Shown: positions 8,639 through 18,557 of the stretch, piece by piece
How positions within the stretch are numbered: the first letter of the stretch is position 1
Layout: every line of letters starts with the position of its first letter
From: Candidatus Multivoradales bacterium
GTDB taxonomy: Bacteria > Acidobacteriota > Thermoanaerobaculia > Multivoradales > Multivoraceae
NCBI GenBank assembly: GCA_965223325.1
Contig: CBDCWI010000001.1
Coordinates: 1,952,001-2,016,000 of the forward strand
DNA length: 64,000 nucleotides
Direction: 5' to 3'
Made by a program: the position numbers and the translations under genes
Notes under the pieces: model-generated
Told to the model about the DNA's origin: nothing
The model's input: the letters and a program-made list of their open reading frames with translations, nothing else
Database searches by the model: none

Positions 8639-10675
8639 TCAACGCGTTGGCAGTGCCAGTGCCACCAGCTGCGGGGTCGTACCCTCTTGTTCCATCGCGT
8701 CGAGCATCTTGGCGACCTCGGGAGGAATGTCGGGCGCCTGACTCATTGCAGCGAAGAGCGGGCCGCCGCCGACAGCCACGACCACGTACTGACGTCCACC
8801 GTGCATGTACGACACCGGGTTGCCATGCGGCACGTCCGGCAGCTCGACATGACCGAGTAGTTCGCCGGACTGCTTGTCGAACACGTTCAGCCGCGGTGTG
8901 TTTCTCTCACCCAGACCGCGGGTCTGGGTCACGAACAAGAGGCTCTTGGTCAGCAACGGAGCGCCCAACCCGCCGCCCAACATCCCGGTCTCGATCTCGG
9001 CAAGGGCCGGATGATCTACCGGACCCCAACCGTTCGGCGTCATCCAGCGGATCTCGCCAGCGTTCAGATCGATCGCCGTGACCCTGCCCCAGGGCGGCTT
9101 GACCAACGGTAGACCGCGCGGACCGCCGGCCGCCGCCAGGAAACTCCCGGTGTAGGCGAGATCAGAACGCGCGGGATCTGGCTTCGACATCGGGTAGAAG
9201 CCGGGCATCGTTCGTGACGGGACGTAGAGCCAGCCAGTCTCGGGGTCGACCGCCGCGCCGTACCAGTTCGCCCCGCCGCCCGACCCGGGAGCGAACAGGG
9301 TGCCCTTCTTGGTCTCCGTTGGCAGCGTCGGCGGCGTAAAGAGTGGCCCGAGGACGTACTGCCCTGCGAGTTCCTTGGCCTCGGCGAGAAGCTCGGGCGA
9401 AAGGTCGATCAGATCGGCTTCGGTCAGGCCCTGCAGATCAAAGGCGGGAGGTTTGGTCGGGTGGGGTTGGGTTGGTGACGACTCTTCGCCTGGGATCGTC
9501 GACTGCGGCACGGGGCGTTCTTCGATTGGCCACACCGGCTCACCGGTCACGCGATCGAACACGTAGGTGAACGCCTGCTTGCTGACCTGAGCCAGCGCTT
9601 CGATTCTTCGGTCGCCCACCGTTATGTCCAAGAGATTGGGAGCAGTCGGAAAGTCGTAGTCCCAGAGCCCATGATGGACGGCTTGGAAGTGCCACACCCG
9701 CTCGCCGGTGTCAGCGTCGAGGCAGACGATGCTCTCGGCGAACAGATTGTCTCCCTTCCGATGCCCGCCGTAGAAGTCGTTGGTGGGCGTCGAGATCGGC
9801 AGGTAGACGTAGCCACGCTGCTCGTCGACCGCCATCATGCTCCACACGTTGGCAGCCCCGGTGTAGGCGTTCGAACCGTCCTTCCAGCTGTCAGCGCCGA
9901 ACTCGCCATCCTGAGGAATGGTGTGAAAGACCCATTTCAACGCCCCCGTCTGGGCGTCGAAGCCACGCACGTGACCGGGTGGCGCCTTCTGGCGAATCGC
10001 ACCGTCGTGCACGATCGAACCCACGACGATGGTGTTGCCGACAACTGCTGGAGGCGAGCTGTGCGTGAGGTGGCGCGGGTTGACACGCCGCCCGAAGTGC
10101 CGTTCGCCACCTTCGGGAAGCAGGTCGACCACGCCGTTCTCCCCGAAGCCCGCGACCGGCTCTCCAGTGACAACGTCGAGAGCATGCAGGGTTCGGTCGT
10201 GGGCCGCCAGATAGACCCGCGCTTCTTTCGGATCGCCAACGTTCTGCCAGTAGGCGAGGCCGCGGTGCTGCCAACCCAGGTTTGCCGGCCGCCCCTTCTC
10301 ATAGGCGCGAGAGTCATACCTCCAGCGGACCTCTCCATTACCCGCGTCGAGCGCTGCGACCTGCCCGACCTCCGTCGACACATAGACCACGCCGTCGATG
10401 ACCAGCGGAACGACCTTGAACTCTCCCGCCTTGATGCGCGGATTCTTGCCGGTGACCTCTTCGGAGATCGAGGTCCAACGCCAGGCGATCTCGAGCTCTT
10501 CGAAGTTCGAGGCGTTGATCTGATCGAGCGGCGTGTAACGCGTATTGGCGCGATCGTTGCCAAAGTTCGTCCAGTCGGTGTTCGTCCAGTCGGTGTTCGC
10601 TGCCTGGCCGTAGGCCGCCGTGGCCAGGGCCAGCATGCACGATGAGAAACCCATTGCTTTCAGACTTCGGCTCAT
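8639..10675 (-). CDS. Periplasmic PQQ-dependent dehydrogenase (glucose/quinate dehydrogenase-like)
   Basis: Signal peptide, YTPLDQIN, WHFQAVHHGLWDYD, GGANW, KPPWG. Confidence 0.9.
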   Translation of the reverse strand: MSRSLKAMGFSSCMLALATAAYGQAANTDWTNTDWTNFGNDRANTRYTPLDQINASNFEELEIAWRWTSISEEVTGKNPRIKAGEFKVVPLVIDGVVYVSTEVGQVAALDAGNGEVRWRYDSRAYEKGRPANLGWQHRGLAYWQNVGDPKEARVYLAAHDRTLHALDVVTGEPVAGFGENGVVDLLPEGGERHFGRRVNPRHLTHSSPPAVVGNTIVVGSIVHDGAIRQKAPPGHVRGFDAQTGALKWVFHTIPQDGEFGADSWKDGSNAYTGAANVWSMMAVDEQRGYVYLPISTPTNDFYGGHRKGDNLFAESIVCLDADTGERVWHFQAVHHGLWDYDFPTAPNLLDITVGDRRIEALAQVSKQAFTYVFDRVTGEPVWPIEERPVPQSTIPGEESSPTQPHPTKPPAFDLQGLTEADLIDLSPELLAEAKELAGQYVLGPLFTPPTLPTETKKGTLFAPGSGGGANWYGAAVDPETGWLYVPSRTMPGFYPMSKPDPARSDLAYTGSFLAAAGGPRGLPLVKPPWGRVTAIDLNAGEIRWMTPNGWGPVDHPALAEIETGMLGGGLGAPLLTKSLLFVTQTRGLGERNTPRLNVFDKQSGELLGHVELPDVPHGNPVSYMHGGRQYVVVAVGGGPLFAAMSQAPDIPPEVAKMLDAMEQEGTTPQLVALALPTR

Positions 10676-10827
10676 GACCTCTCCACCTCCTGGTCGCGAT
10701 CGCGAAGCGACCGGTCACGGCTGGTTGAAGACTCGACTTCTTCAGTAGGACTACGGCGATCATACGCCCCAGTTCCCGAGACGGGGCACCCCTGTAGGCT
10801 GGCGACATCACTGCAGGGAGAACAAGC

Positions 10828-13089
10828 ATGCCGTTTCGCGTTGCCTTCGCCACCATCTGCCTAGGGTTCCTGGCCATCTCACCGGGCGTCCTGGCGCAAT
10901 CCGAAGATGCCCCACCGATCCTCGGTTTCACCGCCGAGCGCGCAGCGGCTCAGATCGAGCGCGAGCAGGTCTTCGCCAGCGTCGATCCGGCCGAGACCAT
11001 CGAGTGGAGTCGCAAGATGACCCCTCGGCCTCATCACACCGGAACCGAGCAGGGCAGGCAGAACGCCGAGTTCATGCGTGACCTGTTTGCGTCCTGGGGC
11101 TTCGATGCCGAGATCGTGCGCTACGACGTGTTGATCCCTCACCCGGTGGTGCGCGAACTCACGCTGGTCTCACCCAACCGCTACGAAGCGCGTTTGATGG
11201 AAGAGGTGCTGGCAGGCGACTCGACCTCGAAACTCGCCGTTGAAACCGGCCTGCCGCCGTACAACGCCTACTCGGCCGACGGCAACGTCGAGGCCGAGCT
11301 GGTGTACGTCAACCAGGGCATTCCGCGCGACTACGAAGAGCTCGAACGGCGCGGCATCTCGGTCGAGGGCAAGATCGTGATCGCTCGCTACGGCGGTTCC
11401 TGGCGCGGCATCAAACCCAAGGTCGCCGCCGAACACGGCGCCGTTGGCTGCTTGATCTACAACGACCCGGCCGACGGCGGCTATGCCGCCGGTGAGACCT
11501 ACCCCGACGGCGCCTGGAAGCACGAGTGGGGTGTCCAGCGCGGCTCGGTGCTCGACCTTCCGCTGCGGCCTGGCGACCCCTTGACGCCGATGGTCGGCGC
11601 CACTGAGGACGCCGACCGCCTCGACCCAAAAGAGGCCGACAACATCATGACCATTCCGGTGCTGCCACTGGCATGGAAAGACGCCGAGCCACTCCTTCGA
11701 GCCCTCGAAGGCCCGGTGGCGCCACGCCCCTGGCGAGGCGGTCTGCCAATCACCTACCAGATGGGACCCGGGCCGGCGAAGGTCAAGCTACGCCTCGAGT
11801 TCGACTGGGGCCTGCGCCCGGCCTACAACGTCATCGCGCGGCTCGAAGGTGCCCAGTACCCCGACCAGTGGATCATGCGCGGCAACCATCACGACGCGTG
11901 GGTGATCGGGGGCCGTGACCCGATCAGCGGCATGATCGCCCTGCTCGCCGAGGCCAAGGCAGTCGGCAAGCTGGCAGCGGACGGCTGGCGACCGAAGCGC
12001 AGCATCCTCTACGCCGCCTGGGATGCCGAAGAGCCAGGCCTTCTGGGTTCGACCGAATGGGTCGAGCACCACCGCGACACGCTCGACCACACCGCAGCGG
12101 TGTACATCAACTCCGACTCCAACGGTCGCGGCTTCTGGAACGCCGGCGGCAGCCACGCACTGCAGACGATGGTCTTTCAGGCCGCCGACCAGGTCACCGA
12201 CCCGCAGACGTCGGTCTCGGTTGTCGATCGCCGGCGCTCGGCGAGCGCCGCCTACGGAAGCGCTGCCGAACAGAAGAGGCTTCTCGAAGGCGGTGGCCTG
12301 CGCCTGTCGGCTCTCGGCTCGGGCAGTGACTACTCGCCCTTCTTGCAGCATCTCGGAATCGCGTCGCTCAACGTTGGCTTTGGCGGCGAGAGTGGCGGCG
12401 GCGAGTACCACACCGCCTTCGACACGCACGACTTCTACAAACGCTTCGTCGATCCTGGCGGCGCCTACGGAAAGGCGCTGGCCGAGACTGCCGGTCGCTT
12501 GACCCTCCGGCTGGCCGACGCCGATCTCCTGCCCTTCGACTTCACCGCCACCGCCGCTACGATCGCGCGTTACATCGGTGAGGTGGAGAAACTGCTCGAG
12601 AGCGAACGGAGCGAAATCGAGGCCACCAACCGTTTGATCGAAGGCGGGCACTTCGAGGTTGCTGCCGACCCCACCGAGGAGTACTACCCACCCACAATCG
12701 AGGCGCGCGCCCCGTATCTCGACTGGTCGGCCCTCTTCGAGGCCCGGGATCGCCTCAACCGCGCTGCCAACGCCCACAAGAAGGCGCAAACCAGGGTCCT
12801 GGCGAGCGGCGACCTGCCTTCCGACATCGACCGCATCGATCGCTTGACCTACCAGAGCGAGCGGCTGCTCACCCGCGAACACGGCCTGCCGAAACGCCCC
12901 TGGTTCCGCCATCACGTCTACGCGCCAGGTTTCTACACCGGCTACGGCGTCAAGACCCTGCCGGGCGTACGCGAAGCCATCGAACAGCACGAATGGTCGG
13001 AGGCCCAGAAGCAGCTGGGCCTGCTTGCCGAGAGTCTGGACCTTTTTGCGGCACGCATCGAAGAAGTCACCGAAGGCCTTTTGAACTGA
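10828..13089 (+). CDS. M28 peptidase, glutamate carboxypeptidase II-like (PA and TfR-dimer domains)
   Basis: GNHHDAW, DP, WDAEEPGLLGSTEW, GSGSDY, YHT, signal peptide. Confidence 0.92.
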   Translation: MPFRVAFATICLGFLAISPGVLAQSEDAPPILGFTAERAAAQIEREQVFASVDPAETIEWSRKMTPRPHHTGTEQGRQNAEFMRDLFASWGFDAEIVRYDVLIPHPVVRELTLVSPNRYEARLMEEVLAGDSTSKLAVETGLPPYNAYSADGNVEAELVYVNQGIPRDYEELERRGISVEGKIVIARYGGSWRGIKPKVAAEHGAVGCLIYNDPADGGYAAGETYPDGAWKHEWGVQRGSVLDLPLRPGDPLTPMVGATEDADRLDPKEADNIMTIPVLPLAWKDAEPLLRALEGPVAPRPWRGGLPITYQMGPGPAKVKLRLEFDWGLRPAYNVIARLEGAQYPDQWIMRGNHHDAWVIGGRDPISGMIALLAEAKAVGKLAADGWRPKRSILYAAWDAEEPGLLGSTEWVEHHRDTLDHTAAVYINSDSNGRGFWNAGGSHALQTMVFQAADQVTDPQTSVSVVDRRRSASAAYGSAAEQKRLLEGGGLRLSALGSGSDYSPFLQHLGIASLNVGFGGESGGGEYHTAFDTHDFYKRFVDPGGAYGKALAETAGRLTLRLADADLLPFDFTATAATIARYIGEVEKLLESERSEIEATNRLIEGGHFEVAADPTEEYYPPTIEARAPYLDWSALFEARDRLNRAANAHKKAQTRVLASGDLPSDIDRIDRLTYQSERLLTREHGLPKRPWFRHHVYAPGFYTGYGVKTLPGVREAIEQHEWSEAQKQLGLLAESLDLFAARIEEVTEGLLN

Positions 13090-13161
13090 CGCCTTTGACA
13101 TGAAGCGCTCGCCAGGGACGAACTGCGGAACCTGCAACCGTCTGCGACGTAGACTGTTCCT

Positions 13162-13614
13162 ATGAAGAAGACTGTCGAAAGAAGGCGCGAGATCCTGAGC
13201 GGCGACTTGTCGGATCAGCTTCTCGCCGAGCGCCGTGCAGAAGGTTGGACTCCAGTAGCGGTCGAATGGCAGCGTGCCCGGCCCCTCGCCGAAGGTGAAG
13301 AGCTGCTGGTCGAGGTGCCCTACGGCCTGCGGGTCGCCGAAGACGGGGTGCACCTGACCACCTGTCCCGATGAGCAGGCCGCCATGGCTTTGATGCTCGA
13401 CCTGATGGTCGAGGATCGCACCCTGAGCGAGGTCGCCGAAAGGCTGGCCGAGAAGGGCTTCACGTCGCGAGGGGGACTGCCCTTCACCCAGGTCGAGGTG
13501 TTCGAAATGCTGCCGAGGCTGGTCGAGGTGGCGCCAGAGGTCTTCGCTTCGGGCGAATGGCGTGAGCTGAGATCACTCGAGGGCGCCGGCAAGAAGCCAA
13601 CCGCTGCCAGATGA
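13162..13614 (+). CDS. Hypothetical protein with stand-alone recombinase-like DNA-binding domain
   Basis: VPYGL...P.EQ...LSEVAERLAEKGFTSRGG resembles the large serine recombinase DNA-binding domain. No catalytic domain. Confidence 0.6.
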   Translation: MKKTVERRREILSGDLSDQLLAERRAEGWTPVAVEWQRARPLAEGEELLVEVPYGLRVAEDGVHLTTCPDEQAAMALMLDLMVEDRTLSEVAERLAEKGFTSRGGLPFTQVEVFEMLPRLVEVAPEVFASGEWRELRSLEGAGKKPTAAR

Positions 13615-13617
13615 GGT

Positions 13618-15192
13618 CTAGCGCCCGACGGTCTTGAGCCCCACGCCAGAAGGAGGCGCGGCAATCTCGACCCGGTCTTCGAGGAAGTACAGAAGCCGTG
13701 ACATCGAAACCGGAGGGTTGCCAATGCGGCGCACCTGCAGAGCGGCTGCCGCACTCGCTACGTACAAGGCAAGCGGCATCGATGCGCCACTGACCAGCAA
13801 CGGGCAGAGCGTCGCGAGAAACACGTCGCCGGCACCTACCTCGTCCTGGGTCTCCCGGAGCAACGCCGGCAGGTAGGTCGTTCTCAGCCGATCCTCACCT
13901 TCGACACGGGGTGCAAAGTAGAGCACCCCGCGCTCGTCGAGAGTCAGCACCAGGTGACGAGCACCCGAGCGATCGTAGTAGCGGCTGGCGAGGTTGGACA
14001 AGCCGCTCTCGTTGTCGGCGAGTGCCCAGCGCAGTTCTGCCTCGTTAGGGGTGACCAATTCGGGTCTCGGGAACTTGAGCACATTGGCCTGGCCACTCAC
14101 ATCGGCAAAGTAGGGCACCGACGCCTCCTCACAGATCGCGGCCAGGGCCTCGACCAGGCTGGGACCGAAGGTGCCGTACCCGAAGTCCGTCACCACGACC
14201 ACATCGTGAAGCGGTATTTGCTCCCGCAGCCGCTCGATCATGTGCTCGATCTCGGAGGACGACAGTTGGGTGGCGCGCCCTTCGTTGACCTTGAAGACCT
14301 TGCGGCGACGGACGAGGTAGCGCGTTTTCCGGAAGACCGGTCGCTTCTCTGCCTCCGCCGGAACGAAAAGCACTCCTAGACGATCCAGGTGTTCGGCGAG
14401 AAGGTGTTTGCCTTCTTCGTCACCGATCGGCGTGAGGAAGCTCGCGCTCCCACCGAGGGCGACGATCTGACCGGCGATCAATGCCGCACCGCCGAGAAAC
14501 TGCTCCTCAGCCAGCGGGGTTACGGAGAGGATGGGGCTCTCCGCCGCGACATTTGCCGCATCACAGGACACGTACACATCCATGATCGGGTCGCCAACGA
14601 CCAGGACCTTCTTCTCCGCTACACCTGCCAGGGCGTGTTCGATCGCAGATCGATCGATGCCATGGTTCTGGCAGAAGGCGGTGATCTTCTGACCGTCGAG
14701 CTGAAACCGCTCGCGAAACTGCCCGATGATCGAGGTCGACGAAAACACGACGTCGCCAGAGCTGTAGATCACGCTCCCGCCGTAGCCCTCGACGAGCTTC
14801 TTCTCTTTGAGGAAGCGCGGATCTTCGTTGGTCTCGTATTCGCGCCCCTTGACGTAGACATCCGGACGGACCACGTCGAGGATGGGCCCAGCCCAGGAAT
14901 GGTGGTCGAGAACGACGTAGTCGACCATCTCGAGAGCAGCGAGGTTCTCGAGCCGCAATTGCTCGGAGACGTAGGGCCCCGTGTCGTTCTTGCCCACCAC
15001 CCGGTCAGCGCTCACACTGACGATCAAGGCATCACCTTGAGCGCGCGCAAACGCGAGGTAGCGCAAGTGACCCGGGTGCACGATGTCGAAACAGCCGTGG
15101 CACTGAACAACGCGAATCCCATCGTTGCGCAGGCGTTCGCGAAGCGCCGGTATTTCGGCAACCCGCTTGATCTTGTCCTCTAGAGCCTTCAT
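13618..15192 (-). CDS. Bifunctional nucleotidyltransferase/PfkB sugar kinase (HldE-like, reversed domain order)
   Basis: N-terminal HGCFDIVHPGH (HxGH) and YVKGREY; C-terminal TPNEAE and DEVGAGD. Confidence 0.85.
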   Translation of the reverse strand: MKALEDKIKRVAEIPALRERLRNDGIRVVQCHGCFDIVHPGHLRYLAFARAQGDALIVSVSADRVVGKNDTGPYVSEQLRLENLAALEMVDYVVLDHHSWAGPILDVVRPDVYVKGREYETNEDPRFLKEKKLVEGYGGSVIYSSGDVVFSSTSIIGQFRERFQLDGQKITAFCQNHGIDRSAIEHALAGVAEKKVLVVGDPIMDVYVSCDAANVAAESPILSVTPLAEEQFLGGAALIAGQIVALGGSASFLTPIGDEEGKHLLAEHLDRLGVLFVPAEAEKRPVFRKTRYLVRRRKVFKVNEGRATQLSSSEIEHMIERLREQIPLHDVVVVTDFGYGTFGPSLVEALAAICEEASVPYFADVSGQANVLKFPRPELVTPNEAELRWALADNESGLSNLASRYYDRSGARHLVLTLDERGVLYFAPRVEGEDRLRTTYLPALLRETQDEVGAGDVFLATLCPLLVSGASMPLALYVASAAAALQVRRIGNPPVSMSRLLYFLEDRVEIAAPPSGVGLKTVGR

Positions 15193-16298
15193 GCAATCTC
15201 CTCTACGGCGGCACGAACTGCTGCAATCACCTTGTCACGCCGACGGTCGTCGACGTGAAGGCCGATGGGCAGGCTCAGGATCTCGTCGACGACCTTCTCG
15301 GTGACCGGGAGGGGTCTGGTGTGAAGGTCTCTGAATGCGGGCTGCTGATGGATGCCGAAGGGATAGTGCACCTTGGCAGAAACTCCACGGCGTGCCAGCC
15401 CCTCGACCAGCTCATCGCGGGCCGGGTGACGAACGACAAAAGCGCAATAGGTCGTGACATCACCGGGGCCATCGTCGGGTTGAAGCCGCACCAGGCCCGC
15501 GAGGGCCTCGCGATAGGCACGAGCGAGTTCACGCCGTCGGGCGAGCGATGCCTCGAGGCGCGCGAACTGCGGTAGCAGCATCGCTGCGTGCAGGCAGTCG
15601 AGCCGAGAGTTCTCGCTGACTTCCCCACAGGACCCGCGTGCCACCAGACCGAGGTTGCGCATTCGACGGAGGGCCTCGAGCTCCTCCTCGTCGCGCGCGC
15701 AGACGAAGCCACCGTCGCCGTAGCCACCGAGAACCTTCAGCGGGTGGAGGGAAAAGCAGCCTATGCCGGTACTGCCAACGTGTCGTCCTCTGTCGTGCGT
15801 ACCGATGGCCTGCGCGCAGTCTTCGACCAGCGCCAGGTCGTGCTGTCGACAAAAGTCCAGGACAGCACCCAGCTCGCATGGCTGACCATTCAGATGCACC
15901 ACCATCACCGCTCGCGTTGCTGGGGTACGAGCCCTTTCCAGGTCTCCTGTGTCCATCAACATGGTGTGGTCATCGACGTCGACAAACACCGGGCGAGCCC
16001 CTTCGAGGACGATGGCGGACGCGGTCGCAGCAAACGAATGCGACACCGTGAGCACATCGTCGCCTTGGCCGATTCCGAGCTGGCGTAGTGCAAAGCGCAA
16101 CGCATCAGTTCCGTTGCCAACACCCACTACACCATGCACACCTACCAGGCTGGCGAGTTTGCCCTCGAGCTCCTCGACCTCGGGCCCGAGGATGAAGTGA
16201 CCGTGATCAAGCACCCGCGAGACGGCTGCGATCAGCTCTTCGCGCAGGGGAAGGTGGCTTGCCGCCAGGTCGAAGTACGGAACCTCGAAGTCGGTCAT
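15189..16298 (-). CDS. DegT/DnrJ/EryC1/StrS sugar aminotransferase
   Basis: NGTDAL, VEDCAQA, FSLHPLKVLGGYGDGG. Start at ATG 16298 (ATGA overlap). Confidence 0.92.
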   Translation of the reverse strand: MTDFEVPYFDLAASHLPLREELIAAVSRVLDHGHFILGPEVEELEGKLASLVGVHGVVGVGNGTDALRFALRQLGIGQGDDVLTVSHSFAATASAIVLEGARPVFVDVDDHTMLMDTGDLERARTPATRAVMVVHLNGQPCELGAVLDFCRQHDLALVEDCAQAIGTHDRGRHVGSTGIGCFSLHPLKVLGGYGDGGFVCARDEEELEALRRMRNLGLVARGSCGEVSENSRLDCLHAAMLLPQFARLEASLARRRELARAYREALAGLVRLQPDDGPGDVTTYCAFVVRHPARDELVEGLARRGVSAKVHYPFGIHQQPAFRDLHTRPLPVTEKVVDEILSLPIGLHVDDRRRDKVIAAVRAAVEEIA

Positions 16299-17338
16299 GC
16301 CGGACAGGGCGCGTCCAGGGACTGCCAATCCAGCCACTGGTCACGCCGGCGCTTCATGACCTCGACGTTGCGATACCGCGAGTCTGTGGGATCGGGTACA
16401 AGGCCTTCGCGGTACGCCTCGGCAAGACCCTCAACTGCGGCTTCGAGCGTGTGTTGGGGGGTAAAGCCCAGTTGGCGCTCGAGCTTGGCAGCCGACAGAC
16501 AGTAGGAACGGTGGTCGGGCGTGTCGACGATCTCAATCGGTAGATCAGGGTCGATGACCGAGGCCACCAGTTGCGCCAGTCCGAGGACCGAGCTGTTCTC
16601 GCGCGAAACGTTGAAGCGTTGGCCTGAGATCGCTTCTGCTGGCTCTCCGAGAAGCTGGCAGTAGAGGCTGGCGAGATCGTCGATATGAATATTGGGGCGC
16701 ATTTGTTCGCCACCGAAAACCCGGATCTTGCCTTCGGTCAAAGCGAAGTGGGTGAGGATATTGATCGTCAGGTCGAGGCGCAGCCGGGGCGAATACCCGC
16801 ACACCGTCGCCGAACGTACGCTGACACCGGTGAAGGTGTCGTCGATCAGGTCGTCGAGAATCTCCTCGCCTTCGGCCTTGTAACGGGCATAGAGGGTAAG
16901 GGGCTCGAGACTCATGTCTTCGGTGACTTCTTCGGTCCCTTTCAGGCCGTAGACGCTCGCCGAGGAAGCGTAGAGAAAGCGCTTCACGCCCCGCTTCTTA
17001 GCTGCTTGCATGAGCGCTCCGGTCGCCTCGAGATTGACCGATCGCGTCAACGCCTCGTCGAGCTCGCTGCAGGGGTCGTTCGAGATAGCCGCCAGGTGGA
17101 TCACAGAATCGAAGTCGCCCTGCTCGAGCAGCCGCGCAACCGCGGCGTGGTCGCGAATGTCTCCCTCGACAAGGTCAAAGCGCGGGTTTCCAGCGCAGCT
17201 CGCCAGCCCTTCGCCTCCGAAGAAGAGACCATCAAAGACAGTGACGCGATGACCGCGTTCGAGGAGTTTCGGGGTCAGGACCGATCCGATGTAGCCGGCT
17301 CCGCCGGTCAAGAGAACATTCTGGGTCGTCTCGCTCAT
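16295..17338 (-). CDS. NAD-dependent nucleotide-sugar epimerase/dehydratase (extended SDR)
   Basis: TGGAGYIGS, HLAAIS, YARYK (YxxxK). Confidence 0.92.
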   Translation of the reverse strand: MSETTQNVLLTGGAGYIGSVLTPKLLERGHRVTVFDGLFFGGEGLASCAGNPRFDLVEGDIRDHAAVARLLEQGDFDSVIHLAAISNDPCSELDEALTRSVNLEATGALMQAAKKRGVKRFLYASSASVYGLKGTEEVTEDMSLEPLTLYARYKAEGEEILDDLIDDTFTGVSVRSATVCGYSPRLRLDLTINILTHFALTEGKIRVFGGEQMRPNIHIDDLASLYCQLLGEPAEAISGQRFNVSRENSSVLGLAQLVASVIDPDLPIEIVDTPDHRSYCLSAAKLERQLGFTPQHTLEAAVEGLAEAYREGLVPDPTDSRYRNVEVMKRRRDQWLDWQSLDAPCPA

Positions 17339-17535
17339 GGCCGAGATACTATCCTTTTTCTACGATTTCTAGTAGTCAGATCCTCGAGGTCTCCTACGGC
17401 CGAAGCGCCTCTTTTGCTGATCTTCTTGTGAAGAAATCCTATCTATGGAAGGATTCCGGGCCTCGGATCATCGCTGCCCTTTGGACCGCAAGGCGCACAT
17501 TGGACGCGCGAGGAGGGAGTCGGTCGCCTGTGAAC

Positions 17536-18555
17536 ATGCTGCGCTTCTTCCGAAGCGTCTACCACGACAACCAGCTACGCCGGCAGAAACGTCGGTCGCT
17601 GGCCCGCGACCTGGTGCTCTACGCGCGCAATCGCGCCCTCCGGCCCAACGAGGCACGGCTCGAGCGGACGCACTGTCGCCCCGACCTGGCAACCGGCTTC
17701 ATTGTCGCGCCACCGCGCTCGGGAACCAGTCTTCTCTTCCAGATGGCGGCGCGCTACCTCGACCTCGGCTACCCCACCAACTTCGTCGCCCGCTACTGGA
17801 GCTGCCCACTGACCGGGCAAAAGCGGTACATGACCCGGCACGGCATTGCGCCAAGTGAAGCACCGCGCCGGAACAAGGAGCGCGACGTACCGTTAGCCTC
17901 CAGCTACGGTGGCACCCTGGGGGTCCACTCTCCTCACGAGTTCAGCTGGTTCTGGCAGTTCTATACCGACTTCGGAGACGTCGACGAGCTCACGGAGGAG
18001 CAGCTCGACGCCATCGACTGGCAGCGAATACAAGCCAAGATCCATGGCCTCGCAGCAATCACAAAGAGCCCGTGGCTCTTCAAGAGCTTGAACTACACCG
18101 TCTACAACATTCCTCGCTTCGCCCGCGAGCTGCCAGAGAGTCGCTTCATCCAGATCCGGCGCGACCCCAGGTTCGTGGTGCAGAGCATCCTCAAATGCCG
18201 GCGCGAACGCTACGGTGACGAGGACCTGTGGTGGAGTCTGCGGCCGGCCGACGTCAAGGAGTGGCTCGGGCGGAGTGGCCTGAGCCAGGTTTGTCACCAG
18301 GTCAGATCGATTCTGCGAGCGATCGATTCGGCGTTTGATGGTCTTCCCGAGCACCGTAAGCTTCGTCTCGAGTACGAAGACCTGGTGGCCGATCCCATCC
18401 CGCAGCTCGAGCGCCTCGCCGATCTCCTCGACGTCGAACTTCGCGATACGGAGCACCTCGACATGTCCGAGCTCAGAAGCGGCAACGTAAGGCATGGAGA
18501 TCCAGTGCGCTTTAGCGCAATCGAAGAACACCTTGCGAACTGGGAAGGGTACTAA
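17536..18555 (+). CDS. Sulfotransferase
   Basis: FIVAPPRSGTSLL, IRRDP...QS, LEYEDL. Start uncertain (17428 or 17536). Confidence 0.85.
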   Translation: MLRFFRSVYHDNQLRRQKRRSLARDLVLYARNRALRPNEARLERTHCRPDLATGFIVAPPRSGTSLLFQMAARYLDLGYPTNFVARYWSCPLTGQKRYMTRHGIAPSEAPRRNKERDVPLASSYGGTLGVHSPHEFSWFWQFYTDFGDVDELTEEQLDAIDWQRIQAKIHGLAAITKSPWLFKSLNYTVYNIPRFARELPESRFIQIRRDPRFVVQSILKCRRERYGDEDLWWSLRPADVKEWLGRSGLSQVCHQVRSILRAIDSAFDGLPEHRKLRLEYEDLVADPIPQLERLADLLDVELRDTEHLDMSELRSGNVRHGDPVRFSAIEEHLANWEGY

Positions 18556-18557
18556 CG

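Noticed and set aside
11788-13353. Long antisense ORFs (this 521-aa one and similar ones at 1848, 9671, 26575 and 50698)
   Set aside because: These are shadow ORFs opposite well-supported genes, expected in high-GC DNA, and they carry no motifs.
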